This document shows positions 11,648-22,159 of a DNA stretch of 64,000 bases, piece by piece (position 1 is the first letter of the stretch; every line of letters starts with the position of its first letter). The translations under genes and the position numbers were made by a program. Origin of the DNA: an uncultured Candidatus Binatia bacterium (GTDB lineage Bacteria; Desulfobacterota; Binatia; Bin18). The DNA lies in contig OZ243961.1 of assembly GCA_965214605.1 (NCBI GenBank), positions 1,568,001 through 1,632,000 of the forward strand. The letters run 5' to 3'. The notes beneath the pieces were generated by a model. That model had not been told where the DNA came from and did no database searches. It saw only the letters and a list, made by a program, of their open reading frames with translations.

Positions 11648-11840
11648 GCGCCCGTACCTCGATAAGATGGTGGACTTTTCGAATCATGCCCTGAAGCGAG
11701 GGCGAATTGTGACGCACCACGCTCTTTTCTCGACGGGTTAGGCCAAGCCCGCGCAGCGTCTCACGTTGGCGGCGAGTGTGACCAATCCCGCTCCGTTTAA
11801 GCGTAATTTCTAATACAGCCGGACTTGGTATTTCACTCAT
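11637..11840 (-). CDS. rpmD: 50S ribosomal protein L30
   Basis: ITLKRSGIG...TLRGLGL...GMIRKVHHL; position between rpsE and rplO. Confidence 0.92.
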   Translation of the reverse strand: MSEIPSPAVLEITLKRSGIGHTRRQRETLRGLGLTRREKSVVRHNSPSLQGMIRKVHHLIEVRAHGS

Positions 11841-11847
11841 AGCGCAC

Positions 11848-12360
11848 TTAGCCCTGTAATTCCTCGACGTTCTTTCCCAGGCGTTTAGCAACTTGCTCGG
11901 GCAGGGCCAGACTGCGCAGTGCTTCTAAAGTTGCCCGGACAGAGTTGTGAGAGTTGGTAGACCCCAGGCATTTTGTGAGTGCGTTGCGCACTCCGGCCAG
12001 TTCCATGACGGCTCGGACTCCACCACCGGCGATCAGACCAGTCCCTGGCGAGGCCGGCTTCACCAGGACCCGTCCGGCTCCGTGTCGGCCAACGACCTCG
12101 TAGGGCAGCGTTCCCTCAATGAGCGGCACATGAATCAGAGATTTTTTGGCCCTTTCCACCCCTTTACGAATGGCTTCCGGAACCTCATGCGCCTTTCCGA
12201 GTCCATAGCCGACATGGCCCTCTCCATCTCCAGCTACGACAACCGCGCTAAAGCTAAAGCGCCGCCCGCCTTTGACCACCTTGCTGACCCGATTGATATG
12301 GACAACACGCTCTTTAATATCAAGTTCGTCGGCATTGATTCGTTCATCAGCGGGAGTCAC
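11848..12360 (-). CDS. rpsE: 30S ribosomal protein S5
   Basis: [16 protein letters not shown]. Confidence 0.97.
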   Translation of the reverse strand: MTPADERINADELDIKERVVHINRVSKVVKGGRRFSFSAVVVAGDGEGHVGYGLGKAHEVPEAIRKGVERAKKSLIHVPLIEGTLPYEVVGRHGAGRVLVKPASPGTGLIAGGGVRAVMELAGVRNALTKCLGSTNSHNSVRATLEALRSLALPEQVAKRLGKNVEELQG

Positions 12361-12371
12361 ACTTCTACTCC

Positions 12372-12737
12372 TTAAAATTGCAGTCCAGCCTCGCGGGCGG
12401 CTTCGGCAACAGCTTGGATTCGTCCGTGATATAGAAAACCGTTGCGATCGAAAACGACACGCTCAATACCCCGCTCCTGGCATTTCCGGGCGATCAGCGT
12501 TCCAACCGCCTTGGCTGCATCAACGCCGGAGATTTTTTTGGTTTGGTCGAACTCGTTCGACAAGGTTGAGGCCGCTAGCAAAGTTTGCCCGCTCTGGTCG
12601 GAAATCACCTGGACATAAAAATGTTTACTGCTCCGGTAGACGCTCAAACGAGGGCGGTTATCTGTTCCCCGCACGCCTCGGCGAACCCGCTTTTTCCGGA
12701 CCAGCCTGCCGTGTTCCCGCATATGTGTCCGCGCCAT
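12372..12737 (-). CDS. rplR: 50S ribosomal protein L18
   Basis: [20 protein letters not shown]. Confidence 0.97.
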   Translation of the reverse strand: MARTHMREHGRLVRKKRVRRGVRGTDNRPRLSVYRSSKHFYVQVISDQSGQTLLAASTLSNEFDQTKKISGVDAAKAVGTLIARKCQERGIERVVFDRNGFLYHGRIQAVAEAAREAGLQF

Positions 12738-12741
12738 CGTC

Positions 12742-13290
12742 CTACCGTGCTCCTCCGGCGGCGGTTTTGCCGGCTTTTCTCCGAATGCGCTCTTCTGCGT
12801 ATTTGATGCCCTTGCCTTTATACGGTTCGGGGGGGCGGAGGCGACGAATGGCGGCCGCGACCTCGCCTAGGAGCTGCTTATCAATCCCTTCGAGCGTGAT
12901 TTCGGTTTGTCGCTCAATCTTGGCCTGAACGCCCGGGGGCAGCTGAAAGATAATGGGGTGAGAATAGCCGAGGGTGAAGGTAATGCTATCGTCCGTACTC
13001 TCGGCCCGATAACCCACGCCGTTGACCTCAAGCCCCCGCGAAAACCCGCTGCTCACGCCCTGGATCATATTGGCAATCAACTTCCGTGTCAGGCCGTGCA
13101 AGGCTTTGGCTTTGCGGGATTCGCCCTGACGTGTGACCGCAACCTGTCCCGGCAGGATCTGGACAGACAGACAGGGATCGACGTTGCAGTCCAGTTTTCC
13201 TTTTGGGCCTTCGGCAGTCACAGTTCCGGCATTTTCAGACACTTTTACTGAGTCCGGAATAGACACAGGCCAACGTCCAATACCCGGCAT
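12742..13290 (-). CDS. rplF: 50S ribosomal protein L6
   Basis: [21 protein letters not shown]. Confidence 0.97.
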   Translation of the reverse strand: MPGIGRWPVSIPDSVKVSENAGTVTAEGPKGKLDCNVDPCLSVQILPGQVAVTRQGESRKAKALHGLTRKLIANMIQGVSSGFSRGLEVNGVGYRAESTDDSITFTLGYSHPIIFQLPPGVQAKIERQTEITLEGIDKQLLGEVAAAIRRLRPPEPYKGKGIKYAEERIRRKAGKTAAGGAR

Positions 13291-13311
13291 GGCGCTCCTC
13301 TCTTTTCCGCT

Positions 13312-13707
13312 TTACCACAAGCTGCATAAAATCTCCCCGCCAAGGTACTGTTTGCGCGCCTCACGATCGACAAGCACCCCGCGTGAGGTCGAGAGAATAC
13401 TCACCCCAAGGCCGTTACGCACCAGAGGGATCTCGTTCGCTCCAACATATTTGCGCAGGCTCGGTTTACTCTCGCGCTGCAGTCCGAGCAGGACCGGACG
13501 ACCGCTCGCGTCGTATTTGAGCTGGATCCGTAACATTCGGCGGGGGCCCTCCTGGATGGTGTTCATGTCGGTAATATAGCCTTCCTGCTTCATCACCGCC
13601 GCGATCGCTTCTTTAATACGTGACCAAGGAAAATCTACACGCTCTTTGCGTGCGTGCAGAGCGTTACGCACACAGGTTAACATGTCTGCAATCGGGTCTG
13701 TAATCAT
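13312..13707 (-). CDS. rpsH: 30S ribosomal protein S8
   Basis: TDPIADML, STSRG, GGEILC. Confidence 0.96.
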   Translation of the reverse strand: MITDPIADMLTCVRNALHARKERVDFPWSRIKEAIAAVMKQEGYITDMNTIQEGPRRMLRIQLKYDASGRPVLLGLQRESKPSLRKYVGANEIPLVRNGLGVSILSTSRGVLVDREARKQYLGGEILCSLW

Positions 13708-13715
13708 ACGTTCCT

Positions 13716-13901
13716 CTACCAACTAGCCTTGGTCAGTCCAGGGATCTGTCCCATCAGCGCCAGATCCCGCAGGCAGAGGCGACACATCCGGAAGCGCCGA
13801 TAAAAACCACGCGAGCGTCCACATAAGGGACAGCGGTTGTAGTGGCGGACCTTGAACCTTGGTTTACGTTCAGCTTTTACTCGTAGACATGTACGCGCCA
13901 T
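13716..13901 (-). CDS. rpsN: 30S ribosomal protein S14, zinc-binding type Z
   Basis: 61 aa; RCPLCGR...MCRLCLR...KASW. Confidence 0.95.
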   Translation of the reverse strand: MARTCLRVKAERKPRFKVRHYNRCPLCGRSRGFYRRFRMCRLCLRDLALMGQIPGLTKASW

Positions 13902-13902
13902 A

Positions 13903-14442
13903 TTAACTCCGAAACGGCATTCCCATGGCCCGCAACAGGGCACGCCCCTCTGCGTCGGTCTGGGCCGAAGTGACCATAGTGACGGTCAAGCCTTTTACCT
14001 GCTCGACTTTATCCAAATTAATCTCAGGAAAAATAGTATGCTCCCGGATCCCTAGGGAGTAGTTGCCGCGCCCATCAAAAGCGCGGTCAGAAACGCCGCG
14101 AAAGTCCCGCACCCGGGGCAGGGCGACGTTGACTAGGCGATCGAAAAATTCGTACATAATCGCGCCGCGCAGAGTCACCGCGCAGCCAATTGGCATACCT
14201 GCGCGTAATTTAAAATTAGCGATCGATTTATGGGCTTTTGTCACCACCGGCTTCTGGCCGGCAATCAGGCTCAACTCGGCCACCCCGCTTTCGATCAGCT
14301 TAGCGTTTTGGACAGCATCTCCCAAGCCCATATTGAGCGTGATCTGTTTCAACCGAGGGACTTGCATAATATTGCGATAGCCCAACTCTTGCTTGAGAGC
14401 TGGCAATACTTGGTTACGGTAGAGGTCTTTGAGGCGTGCCAT
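13903..14442 (-). CDS. rplE: 50S ribosomal protein L5
   Basis: [22 protein letters not shown]. Confidence 0.97.
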   Translation of the reverse strand: MARLKDLYRNQVLPALKQELGYRNIMQVPRLKQITLNMGLGDAVQNAKLIESGVAELSLIAGQKPVVTKAHKSIANFKLRAGMPIGCAVTLRGAIMYEFFDRLVNVALPRVRDFRGVSDRAFDGRGNYSLGIREHTIFPEINLDKVEQVKGLTVTMVTSAQTDAEGRALLRAMGMPFRS

Positions 14443-14463
14443 GTACGTCTTCCCGCGTGTGTC

Positions 14464-14832
14464 TTAGAGCACTTCGGGGGCCAGCGAAATGATCTTCATA
14501 AAACGCTTGGCACGCAGTTCCCGAGCGACTGGCCCAAAGATACGCGTCCCAATCGGCTCACGTTGGTTGTCGAGCAACACCGCCGAGTTTGTATCAAAGC
14601 GGATATACGATCCGTCTGGCCGCCCAATTTCCTTGGCTGTCCTGACGATGACGGCACGCATGATATCGCCCTTTTTGACCTTAGTGTTCGGCAGTGCCTC
14701 GCGCACCGAAACGATGATCTCATCACCAACAGAGGCGTAGCGCCGCCGTGTTCCGCCTAGGACGCGAATGCAACGGACTGCACGAGCGCCTGAGTTATCG
14801 GCAACATCGAGCACGGTTTCGACCTGTACCAT
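14464..14832 (-). CDS. rplN: 50S ribosomal protein L14
   Basis: [26 protein letters not shown]. Confidence 0.98.
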   Translation of the reverse strand: MVQVETVLDVADNSGARAVRCIRVLGGTRRRYASVGDEIIVSVREALPNTKVKKGDIMRAVIVRTAKEIGRPDGSYIRFDTNSAVLLDNQREPIGTRIFGPVARELRAKRFMKIISLAPEVL

Positions 14833-14852
14833 CCCAGACTCCTTAATACCCC

Positions 14853-15110
14853 TTACTCTACATTTGCCGGTCTGAGAATTGTCTGAACCCGCCAGTTTTT
14901 CTCTTTGCTCAGCGGCCGTGTCTCAACAATGGCCACCTGATCTCCAAGGTGGCAACGGTTCTCAGGGTCATGCACTTTATATTTTTTTCTCTGACGGACG
15001 TATTTGCGGTACATGGGGTGTTGCACCAGGCGCTCTACCCGCACAACGATGGTCTTGTCCATCTTATCGCTAACGACGGTTCCTTGGCGTGTTTTTCTAT
15101 GTCCAGTCAC
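14853..15110 (-). CDS. rpsQ: 30S ribosomal protein S17
   Basis: [18 protein letters not shown]. Confidence 0.97.
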   Translation of the reverse strand: MTGHRKTRQGTVVSDKMDKTIVVRVERLVQHPMYRKYVRQRKKYKVHDPENRCHLGDQVAIVETRPLSKEKNWRVQTILRPANVE

Positions 15111-15118
15111 GATGTTGC

Positions 15119-15343
15119 CTACTCTTCCACCTGGGTTGCCACCGCTCCGGCCTGAGCGCGGACGCGTTCGTGTTGAATGGTCTTCAGTCGGGCCAGGTCA
15201 CGGCGGACCTTGCGTGCCTGCATGGGGTTCTCAACCTGGCTGGTGCCTTTCCGCATGCGGAGCTGGAAGAGTTCTTCAGACAGCTCGCGCTCTTTTTGAC
15301 GGATCTCGTCTTCCGTTAAGTCACGTAGCTCGCTAGCTCGCAT
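15119..15343 (-). CDS. rpmC: 50S ribosomal protein L29
   Basis: MRASELR...ELFQLR...RRDLARLKT. Confidence 0.95.
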   Translation of the reverse strand: MRASELRDLTEDEIRQKERELSEELFQLRMRKGTSQVENPMQARKVRRDLARLKTIQHERVRAQAGAVATQVEE

Positions 15344-15758
15344 AGGGGGTCTCACTCCGATCTCGAATTTGGGTGCCGACTGACAGTTTGTGCGAGGCGA
15401 GGCGCAGGGCTTCGCGGGCAAGCTCTTCGGGCACCCCTTCCATCTCAAATATCATGTGGCCCGGCTTCACCACCGCAACCCAAAACTCCGGACCGCCCTT
15501 GCCTTTTCCCATACGCGTTTCTGCCGGCTTTTTGCTCACCGGTTTATGGGGAAAAACCCTGATCCAGATCTGTCCTCCGCGTCGGGCGTGGCGGGTGAGC
15601 GCAATCCGGGCCGCTTCAATTTCGCGGGCGGTAAGCCAGCCCAGCTCGGTTGATTGTAAGCCGTATTCCCCGAAAGCCAGGGAATTGCCGCGTTGGGCAG
15701 TGCCACGCATCTTTCCTCGATGGTGTTTCCGATAACGGACTTTTTTGGGAGCAAGCAT
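15333..15758 (-). CDS. rplP: 50S ribosomal protein L16
   Basis: IEAARIA, RMGKGKG. Confidence 0.98.
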   Translation of the reverse strand: MLAPKKVRYRKHHRGKMRGTAQRGNSLAFGEYGLQSTELGWLTAREIEAARIALTRHARRGGQIWIRVFPHKPVSKKPAETRMGKGKGGPEFWVAVVKPGHMIFEMEGVPEELAREALRLASHKLSVGTQIRDRSETPYAS

Positions 15759-15791
15759 CGCGCAGATTCCTTTTTCGTCGGCCGATTCGCT

Positions 15792-16454
15792 TTAGGCACC
15801 CACAGCGTTCCGCTGCTGTTCCTCTTCACGGGTGAGGACCTCTCCACGAAAAATCCACACCTTGATCCCAATGATCCCGTAGGTCGTCTTGGCTTCTGCC
15901 ATACCATAGCTGATATCGGCCCGTAGGGTATGGAGAGGAACGCGGCCCTCCCGATACCATTCGGTCCGAGCAATTTCCGCCCCGGCCAGTCGTCCCGAAC
16001 ATCGGACCTTAACCCCCTGTGCGCCCATCCGGATCGCTCGCGCAACGCTCTCTTTCATTGCCCGACGGAACGCGACTCGGCGCTCCAGCTGGAGCGCCAC
16101 GTTTTCAGCAACAAGCTGACCGTCGAGGTCAGGCCGACGCACTTCGTGGATATTGAGATAGACCTCGCGCTTGGTTAAACCCGACAACTCTGATTTGAGC
16201 TTATCAATCTCAGCTCCTTTTTTACCAATCACGATACCCGGCCGTGAGGTATAAATATTAATCTTGGCTTTATTGGCCGCCCGTTCGATCTCAATCTTGG
16301 ACAGTCCTGCGTGGTAGAGACGCTTCTTAATGAAGGACCGAAGGCGAAGGTCTTCGTGCAACAGGTCGGTGTATTCTTTCTCGGCAAACCAGCGGGATTC
16401 CCAACTTTCCAGCACGCCAAGACGAAATCCTTTCGGGTGAACTTTCTGTCCCAT
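15792..16454 (-). CDS. rpsC: 30S ribosomal protein S3
   Basis: [19 protein letters not shown]. Confidence 0.98.
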   Translation of the reverse strand: MGQKVHPKGFRLGVLESWESRWFAEKEYTDLLHEDLRLRSFIKKRLYHAGLSKIEIERAANKAKINIYTSRPGIVIGKKGAEIDKLKSELSGLTKREVYLNIHEVRRPDLDGQLVAENVALQLERRVAFRRAMKESVARAIRMGAQGVKVRCSGRLAGAEIARTEWYREGRVPLHTLRADISYGMAEAKTTYGIIGIKVWIFRGEVLTREEEQQRNAVGA

Positions 16455-16463
16455 GCGCTTCTC

Positions 16464-16799
16464 TTACTTTCCTTCGTCAACAACGACCGTGAAGTGGCTA
16501 GTGCGTTTCCGAATCGGTGTGGCCCGCCCGTGGGCCCGTGGCCTAAAACGTTTTAGCATAGCGCCTCCGTCTATATAGACCCGTTTGACATACAAGTCGT
16601 CAGGATCAACGTTCTGGGTATCAGTGGCGTTGGCGATAGCAGAACGAAGGGTCTTGGCTAGAATACTGGCCGCCTTCTTGGGGGTGAAACGCAAAACGAT
16701 CAGTGCTTCTTCGACTTGTTTGCCGCGGATTAGGTCGGCGACGAGACGGGCCTTACGTGAGGATATCCGCACCTGGCGCGTAACGGCTTTTGTTTCCAT
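16464..16799 (-). CDS. rplV: 50S ribosomal protein L22
   Basis: [17 protein letters not shown]...RTSH; start trimmed to METKA. Confidence 0.97.
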   Translation of the reverse strand: METKAVTRQVRISSRKARLVADLIRGKQVEEALIVLRFTPKKAASILAKTLRSAIANATDTQNVDPDDLYVKRVYIDGGAMLKRFRPRAHGRATPIRKRTSHFTVVVDEGK

Positions 16800-16818
16800 A
16801 GCGGATGTTCTCCTTGGC

Positions 16819-17100
16819 TTATCGTCTTCTCTCGCCTCTCCGATCACCGGCATGCCCATAAAATGTGCGGGTTGGAGAAAATTCGCCAAGTTTATGACCA
16901 ACCATATTTTCAGTAACGTAGACTGGGATAAACCTGCGACCGTTATGGACGGCAAAGGTACAGCCGATCATCTCTGGAATGATGGTTGAACGTCGAGACC
17001 AGGTCCGAATAACCTTCCGGTCTCCACTGTCCAATACAGCCTGCACCTTTTTCATCAGGTAGTCGTCAACAAAAGGACCTTTTTTAACCGAGCGTGGCAT
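16819..17100 (-). CDS. rpsS: 30S ribosomal protein S19
   Basis: [21 protein letters not shown]. Confidence 0.97.
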   Translation of the reverse strand: MPRSVKKGPFVDDYLMKKVQAVLDSGDRKVIRTWSRRSTIIPEMIGCTFAVHNGRRFIPVYVTENMVGHKLGEFSPTRTFYGHAGDRRGERRR

Positions 17101-17101
17101 A

Positions 17102-17923
17102 CTATTTCTTTCTCTTCTGCGCGATGTATTTATCAGTCCGCGGATTATGACGGGTTTTATGGCCTTTGGCCAACACACCCCACGGGCTCTGGGGATGGTT
17201 GCCTTTGCTCTGCCCTTCACCGCCACCATGAGGATGGTCGATAGGATTCATGGCAATACCGCGCACGTGCGGTCGAATACCAAACCAACGAGAACGACCG
17301 GCTTTTCCATAGCGTATATTTTCGTGGTCAGTATTACCGATCTGACCTATGGTTGCCCGACACTGCTGATGGATCAGCCGCATCTCTCCAGACGGCATTT
17401 TGAGTGTCGCATAGTCGCCTTCTTTGGCCATCAGCTGGGCCGAGGTGCCTGCTCCGCGTACCAGCTGCCCGCCAGCTCCAATCTTCAGCTCAATATTATG
17501 GACGAGGGTTCCGAGCGGAATATTTCGCAGCGTCAGGGTATTGCCGGGCTGAATGTCGCTCCCCTCTCCGGACATTACTTGGCTGCCAACAGTGAGCCCG
17601 CCCGGAGCTAGAATGTAGCGTTTCTCGCCGTCCCGATAGTGGAGCAGAGCAATATGGGCGGAGCGGTTGGGATCATATTCGATAGAGGCGACCGTGGCCG
17701 GAACACCATCTTTTGCACGGTGGAAATCGATAATCCGATAGCGCCGCTTGTGGCCGCCGCCCCGATGCAGATTGGTAATACGGCCACGGTTGTTGCGGCC
17801 GCCACGCTTATGGAGCGGAGCGAGCAGAGAGCGTTCGGGCGAATTTTTGCTCAACTCTTGGGAACTCGATACGCTCTGCGAGCGACGGCCGGGTGAAGTC
17901 GGTTTGTAAACACGGATCGCCAT
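17102..17923 (-). CDS. rplB: 50S ribosomal protein L2
   Basis: [19 protein letters not shown]. Confidence 0.98.
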   Translation of the reverse strand: MAIRVYKPTSPGRRSQSVSSSQELSKNSPERSLLAPLHKRGGRNNRGRITNLHRGGGHKRRYRIIDFHRAKDGVPATVASIEYDPNRSAHIALLHYRDGEKRYILAPGGLTVGSQVMSGEGSDIQPGNTLTLRNIPLGTLVHNIELKIGAGGQLVRGAGTSAQLMAKEGDYATLKMPSGEMRLIHQQCRATIGQIGNTDHENIRYGKAGRSRWFGIRPHVRGIAMNPIDHPHGGGEGQSKGNHPQSPWGVLAKGHKTRHNPRTDKYIAQKRKK

Positions 17924-17926
17924 CGG

Positions 17927-18220
17927 CTAGGCTCCTTCGAAGAAATCAATAGTATCCCCGGCGACCAGAGTGACATAGGCCTTTTTCCAAGCCGGTTTGC
18001 GTCCAATCGAACGGCCGATACGTCGTTTTTTGCCCATATACTGGCTGGTGCGTACCTGGACGACTTTGACCTGAAAGAGCTGTTCAACAGCGTTCTTAAT
18101 CGAGATTTTGTTAGCGCGAGGGTCCACCTTAAAGACCACCTGGTTGCCGAGTGCATTCACCAGGGTTGCCTTCTCGGTGATCAACGGGGAGGCAAGAACG
18201 GTATGAAGATTCTGATTCAT
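17927..18220 (-). CDS. rplW: 50S ribosomal protein L23
   Basis: PLITEKA, WKKAYVTL. Confidence 0.97.
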   Translation of the reverse strand: MNQNLHTVLASPLITEKATLVNALGNQVVFKVDPRANKISIKNAVEQLFQVKVVQVRTSQYMGKKRRIGRSIGRKPAWKKAYVTLVAGDTIDFFEGA

Positions 18221-18861
18221 GATGTTGTAAGCCTTTGGCTAACCTGCTCAAGTGCCGCTTGGGTGAACAGACAGTGCTGATAGCGCAAGAGGTCGTACAC
18301 ATTGAGACCAACACAGCGCAAGACTTTGACGTGCGGCAGGTTCCGGGCCGCCTGTTCAACCGTCTGATCCGCATCAGCAATCACAACCAGGACACCGTCT
18401 TTGAGTTCCAGACCAGACAAAAATTCGACCATACGTTTGGTTTTTGGTTCGGGTAGGGCGATCCGATTGACAACAGTAAGGTTGCCGTCGCGCTGTTTGT
18501 GGGCCAGGGCGGCACAAAGGGCCGTGCGACGCGCACTGCGGGGAAGGCGGTAGGCATACGAGCGGGGCTGCGGGCCAAAGACGGTTGCCCCTCCGACCCA
18601 CAACGGGGAACGGCGGCTGCCAGCTCTCGCCCGACCAGTCCCTTTCTGGCGCCACGGTTTTTTCCCTCCACCCCGGACCTGTCCACGCGTCTTTGTCGAT
18701 GCTGTTCCAGCCCGTCGATTGGCGCGCTGCATTTTGACCACTTCGTAGAGGAGGTGCTCACGCGGCGGTTGTGACGCAACAATGGAAGGGAGTTCGATTT
18801 CACCGATCGTCTCGCGTTCAGGAGAGAGCACAGGAATCCGTACTGCTTGCGCGTCCACCAC
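18217..18861 (-). CDS. rplD: 50S ribosomal protein L4
   Basis: [14 protein letters not shown]. Confidence 0.97.
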   Translation of the reverse strand: MVDAQAVRIPVLSPERETIGEIELPSIVASQPPREHLLYEVVKMQRANRRAGTASTKTRGQVRGGGKKPWRQKGTGRARAGSRRSPLWVGGATVFGPQPRSYAYRLPRSARRTALCAALAHKQRDGNLTVVNRIALPEPKTKRMVEFLSGLELKDGVLVVIADADQTVEQAARNLPHVKVLRCVGLNVYDLLRYQHCLFTQAALEQVSQRLTTS

Positions 18862-18863
18862 TC

Positions 18864-19496
18864 TTATCCCTTCTTGGTTTTACTCAGCGTGATTATACCA
18901 CCGCGCGCGCCTGGGACGGCACCATGGACGAGGACCAGATGCTCTTGGGGGCGAAGGTCAATAATGCGGAGATTCTGGATCGTCGTGCGGCTGTCACCAT
19001 AATGGCCAGCCATAGCCTTGCCCTTAAAAATTTTTCCCGGATATGCACAGTTACCAATCGCTCCACCATGCCGAAAATATTCATGGGTCCCATGGCTGGA
19101 AGGGGCACCGCTCATACCGTGACGTTTCATAACGCCAGTGTAACCCCGTCCCTTTGTCCTGCCAGCAACAACAACCCGTTCTCCAAGGTGAAAAATCTCC
19201 TCGGCGGTTATCTGATGTCCGACTTCGTACTGATCAACGTCAGCAGTCCGAAACTCACGCAGCACTTCAAACGGGCCGGTCCCAGAGGCCTGGCAGTGGC
19301 CCAGAACGGGCTTACTCACCCGCTGAGGTTTGCGGCTGCCAAAGCCGAGTTGAAGCGCGGTGTAACCATCTTTTTGGCCGGTTTTCTTTTGGACGACCGT
19401 ACAGGGTCCCGCCTGGATGACAGTCACTGGGACTAGCGTCCCCTGCTCTGTAAAAATCTGACTCATTCCCAGTTTTCGACCGATTAGGCCATTCAT
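18864..19496 (-). CDS. rplC: 50S ribosomal protein L3
   Basis: [25 protein letters not shown]. Confidence 0.97.
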   Translation of the reverse strand: MNGLIGRKLGMSQIFTEQGTLVPVTVIQAGPCTVVQKKTGQKDGYTALQLGFGSRKPQRVSKPVLGHCQASGTGPFEVLREFRTADVDQYEVGHQITAEEIFHLGERVVVAGRTKGRGYTGVMKRHGMSGAPSSHGTHEYFRHGGAIGNCAYPGKIFKGKAMAGHYGDSRTTIQNLRIIDLRPQEHLVLVHGAVPGARGGIITLSKTKKG

Positions 19497-19505
19497 AGCA
19501 GTTCC

Positions 19506-19823
19506 TTACTCAAGCTTGATTTCCACATCAACACCGGCGGCTAATTCGAGTTTTCCCAACGCATCAATCGTTTGCTGCGTCGGATCAAGGATATCGAGAA
19601 GGCGTTTATGGGTCCGGATTTCAAATTGTTCACGGGACTTTTTATCCACGTGCGGAGAGCGGTTCACTGTAAAGCGCTCTATGCGTGTCGGTAGAGGAAT
19701 AGGACCGGCCACCCTCCCCCCGGTCCGCTTCACCGTCTCGACAATCTCTTTGACAGACTGGTCTAAGACGCGGTGATCGTACGCTTTTAAGCGGATCCGG
19801 ATCTTTTCGTTCATAATATTCAT
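19506..19823 (-). CDS. rpsJ: 30S ribosomal protein S10
   Basis: [22 protein letters not shown]. Confidence 0.98.
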   Translation of the reverse strand: MNIMNEKIRIRLKAYDHRVLDQSVKEIVETVKRTGGRVAGPIPLPTRIERFTVNRSPHVDKKSREQFEIRTHKRLLDILDPTQQTIDALGKLELAAGVDVEIKLE

Positions 19824-19883
19824 ACAAATGGACCCATTGTTTCAGCAAGAAACGTTTGAGACGGACGCAGGCCCGAAACGGCC

Positions 19884-21091
<1,208 letters not shown>

Positions 21092-21178
21092 TGTCGTAAT
21101 CTGGGAGGGGTCTCTGTGACAGAGGGAGGTGGGACTCTCTTCGCTCTCTCTTCCCAGCACTCCACTCAAGAGGGGGAA

Positions 21179-21206
21179 ATTGTACGGACTATTGCACAAG
21201 AGTCAA
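21179..21206 (-). promoter_or_regulatory. Putative sigma70 promoter for tuf/S10 operon
   Basis: Minus strand TTGACT-N16-TACAAT in the rpsG-tuf spacer. Confidence 0.65.
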
Positions 21207-21255
21207 CCAGCCTAGGCCCCAGGCCGACAGAAAATAGCCCGCTCCTTTCCCACTT

Positions 21256-21726
21256 TTACCACCGATAGTGGACAAATGCCCTATTTGCCTCTGCCATCCG
21301 ATGCGTATCTTCTCGCTTTTTCACCGCCCCACCTCTGTTCTGTGAGGCCTCATAGAGTTCTGCTGCAAGCTTCTCTTTCATGCCTTTCTCTGGTCTGCCG
21401 CGTGCGGATTGGACCAGCCAGCGCATGGCCAGAGAGTTGCGTCGGACCTGGCGGACCTCGATAGGCACCTGGTAGGTCGCACCGCCTACCCGGCGTGAGC
21501 GAACCTCGACAAGAGGCTTCACGTTTTCTAAAGCCCGTTTGAAAATCTCTAGCGCGTCTTCGCCACTCCGCGTTCCGCTCAATTCCATCGCGTTGTACAG
21601 AATCTTTTCAGCCACCCCTTTTGCACCATTTTGCATCATCATATTCACGAATTTTGACACCGTCGTATCGTGATATTTAGGGTCGGGCAGCACTTCTCGC
21701 CTTGGGGCTGGTCCTTTGCGTGGCAT
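21256..21726 (-). CDS. rpsG: 30S ribosomal protein S7
   Basis: [21 protein letters not shown]. Confidence 0.98.
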   Translation of the reverse strand: MPRKGPAPRREVLPDPKYHDTTVSKFVNMMMQNGAKGVAEKILYNAMELSGTRSGEDALEIFKRALENVKPLVEVRSRRVGGATYQVPIEVRQVRRNSLAMRWLVQSARGRPEKGMKEKLAAELYEASQNRGGAVKKREDTHRMAEANRAFVHYRW

Positions 21727-21752
21727 TGGTCCCTCTTCTTCCGGCCTGTCGC

Positions 21753-22124
21753 TTATTTTGGTCGCTTTGCTCCATATTTCGAACGGCTCTGCTTTCGTTC
21801 CTGGACTCCAATCGAATCGAGAGTACCGCGTACGATATGGTAACGCACTCCAGGTAAGTCTTTCACCCGTCCACCCCGAATGAGGACGACGGAGTGTTCT
21901 TGGAGGTTATGTCCAATCCCTGGGATATAAGCCGTAACTTCAACCCCATTCGTGAGCCGCACGCGAGCGACTTTTCTAAGGGCCGAGTTGGGCTTCTTTG
22001 GCGTGGTGGTATACACACGCGTACACACCCCACGGCGTTGCGGACAGGCTTGTAGGGCCGGCGCAGTCAACTTCTTGCGCTGCTGCTCACGGCCTTTTCG
22101 GACGAGTTGCTGAATTGTCGGCAT
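21753..22124 (-). CDS. rpsL: 30S ribosomal protein S12
   Basis: [21 protein letters not shown]. Confidence 0.99.
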   Translation of the reverse strand: MPTIQQLVRKGREQQRKKLTAPALQACPQRRGVCTRVYTTTPKKPNSALRKVARVRLTNGVEVTAYIPGIGHNLQEHSVVLIRGGRVKDLPGVRYHIVRGTLDSIGVQERKQSRSKYGAKRPK

Positions 22125-22159
22125 GCCTTCTCCATGCTGGTGTCTTGGCCTGCGCCCAC

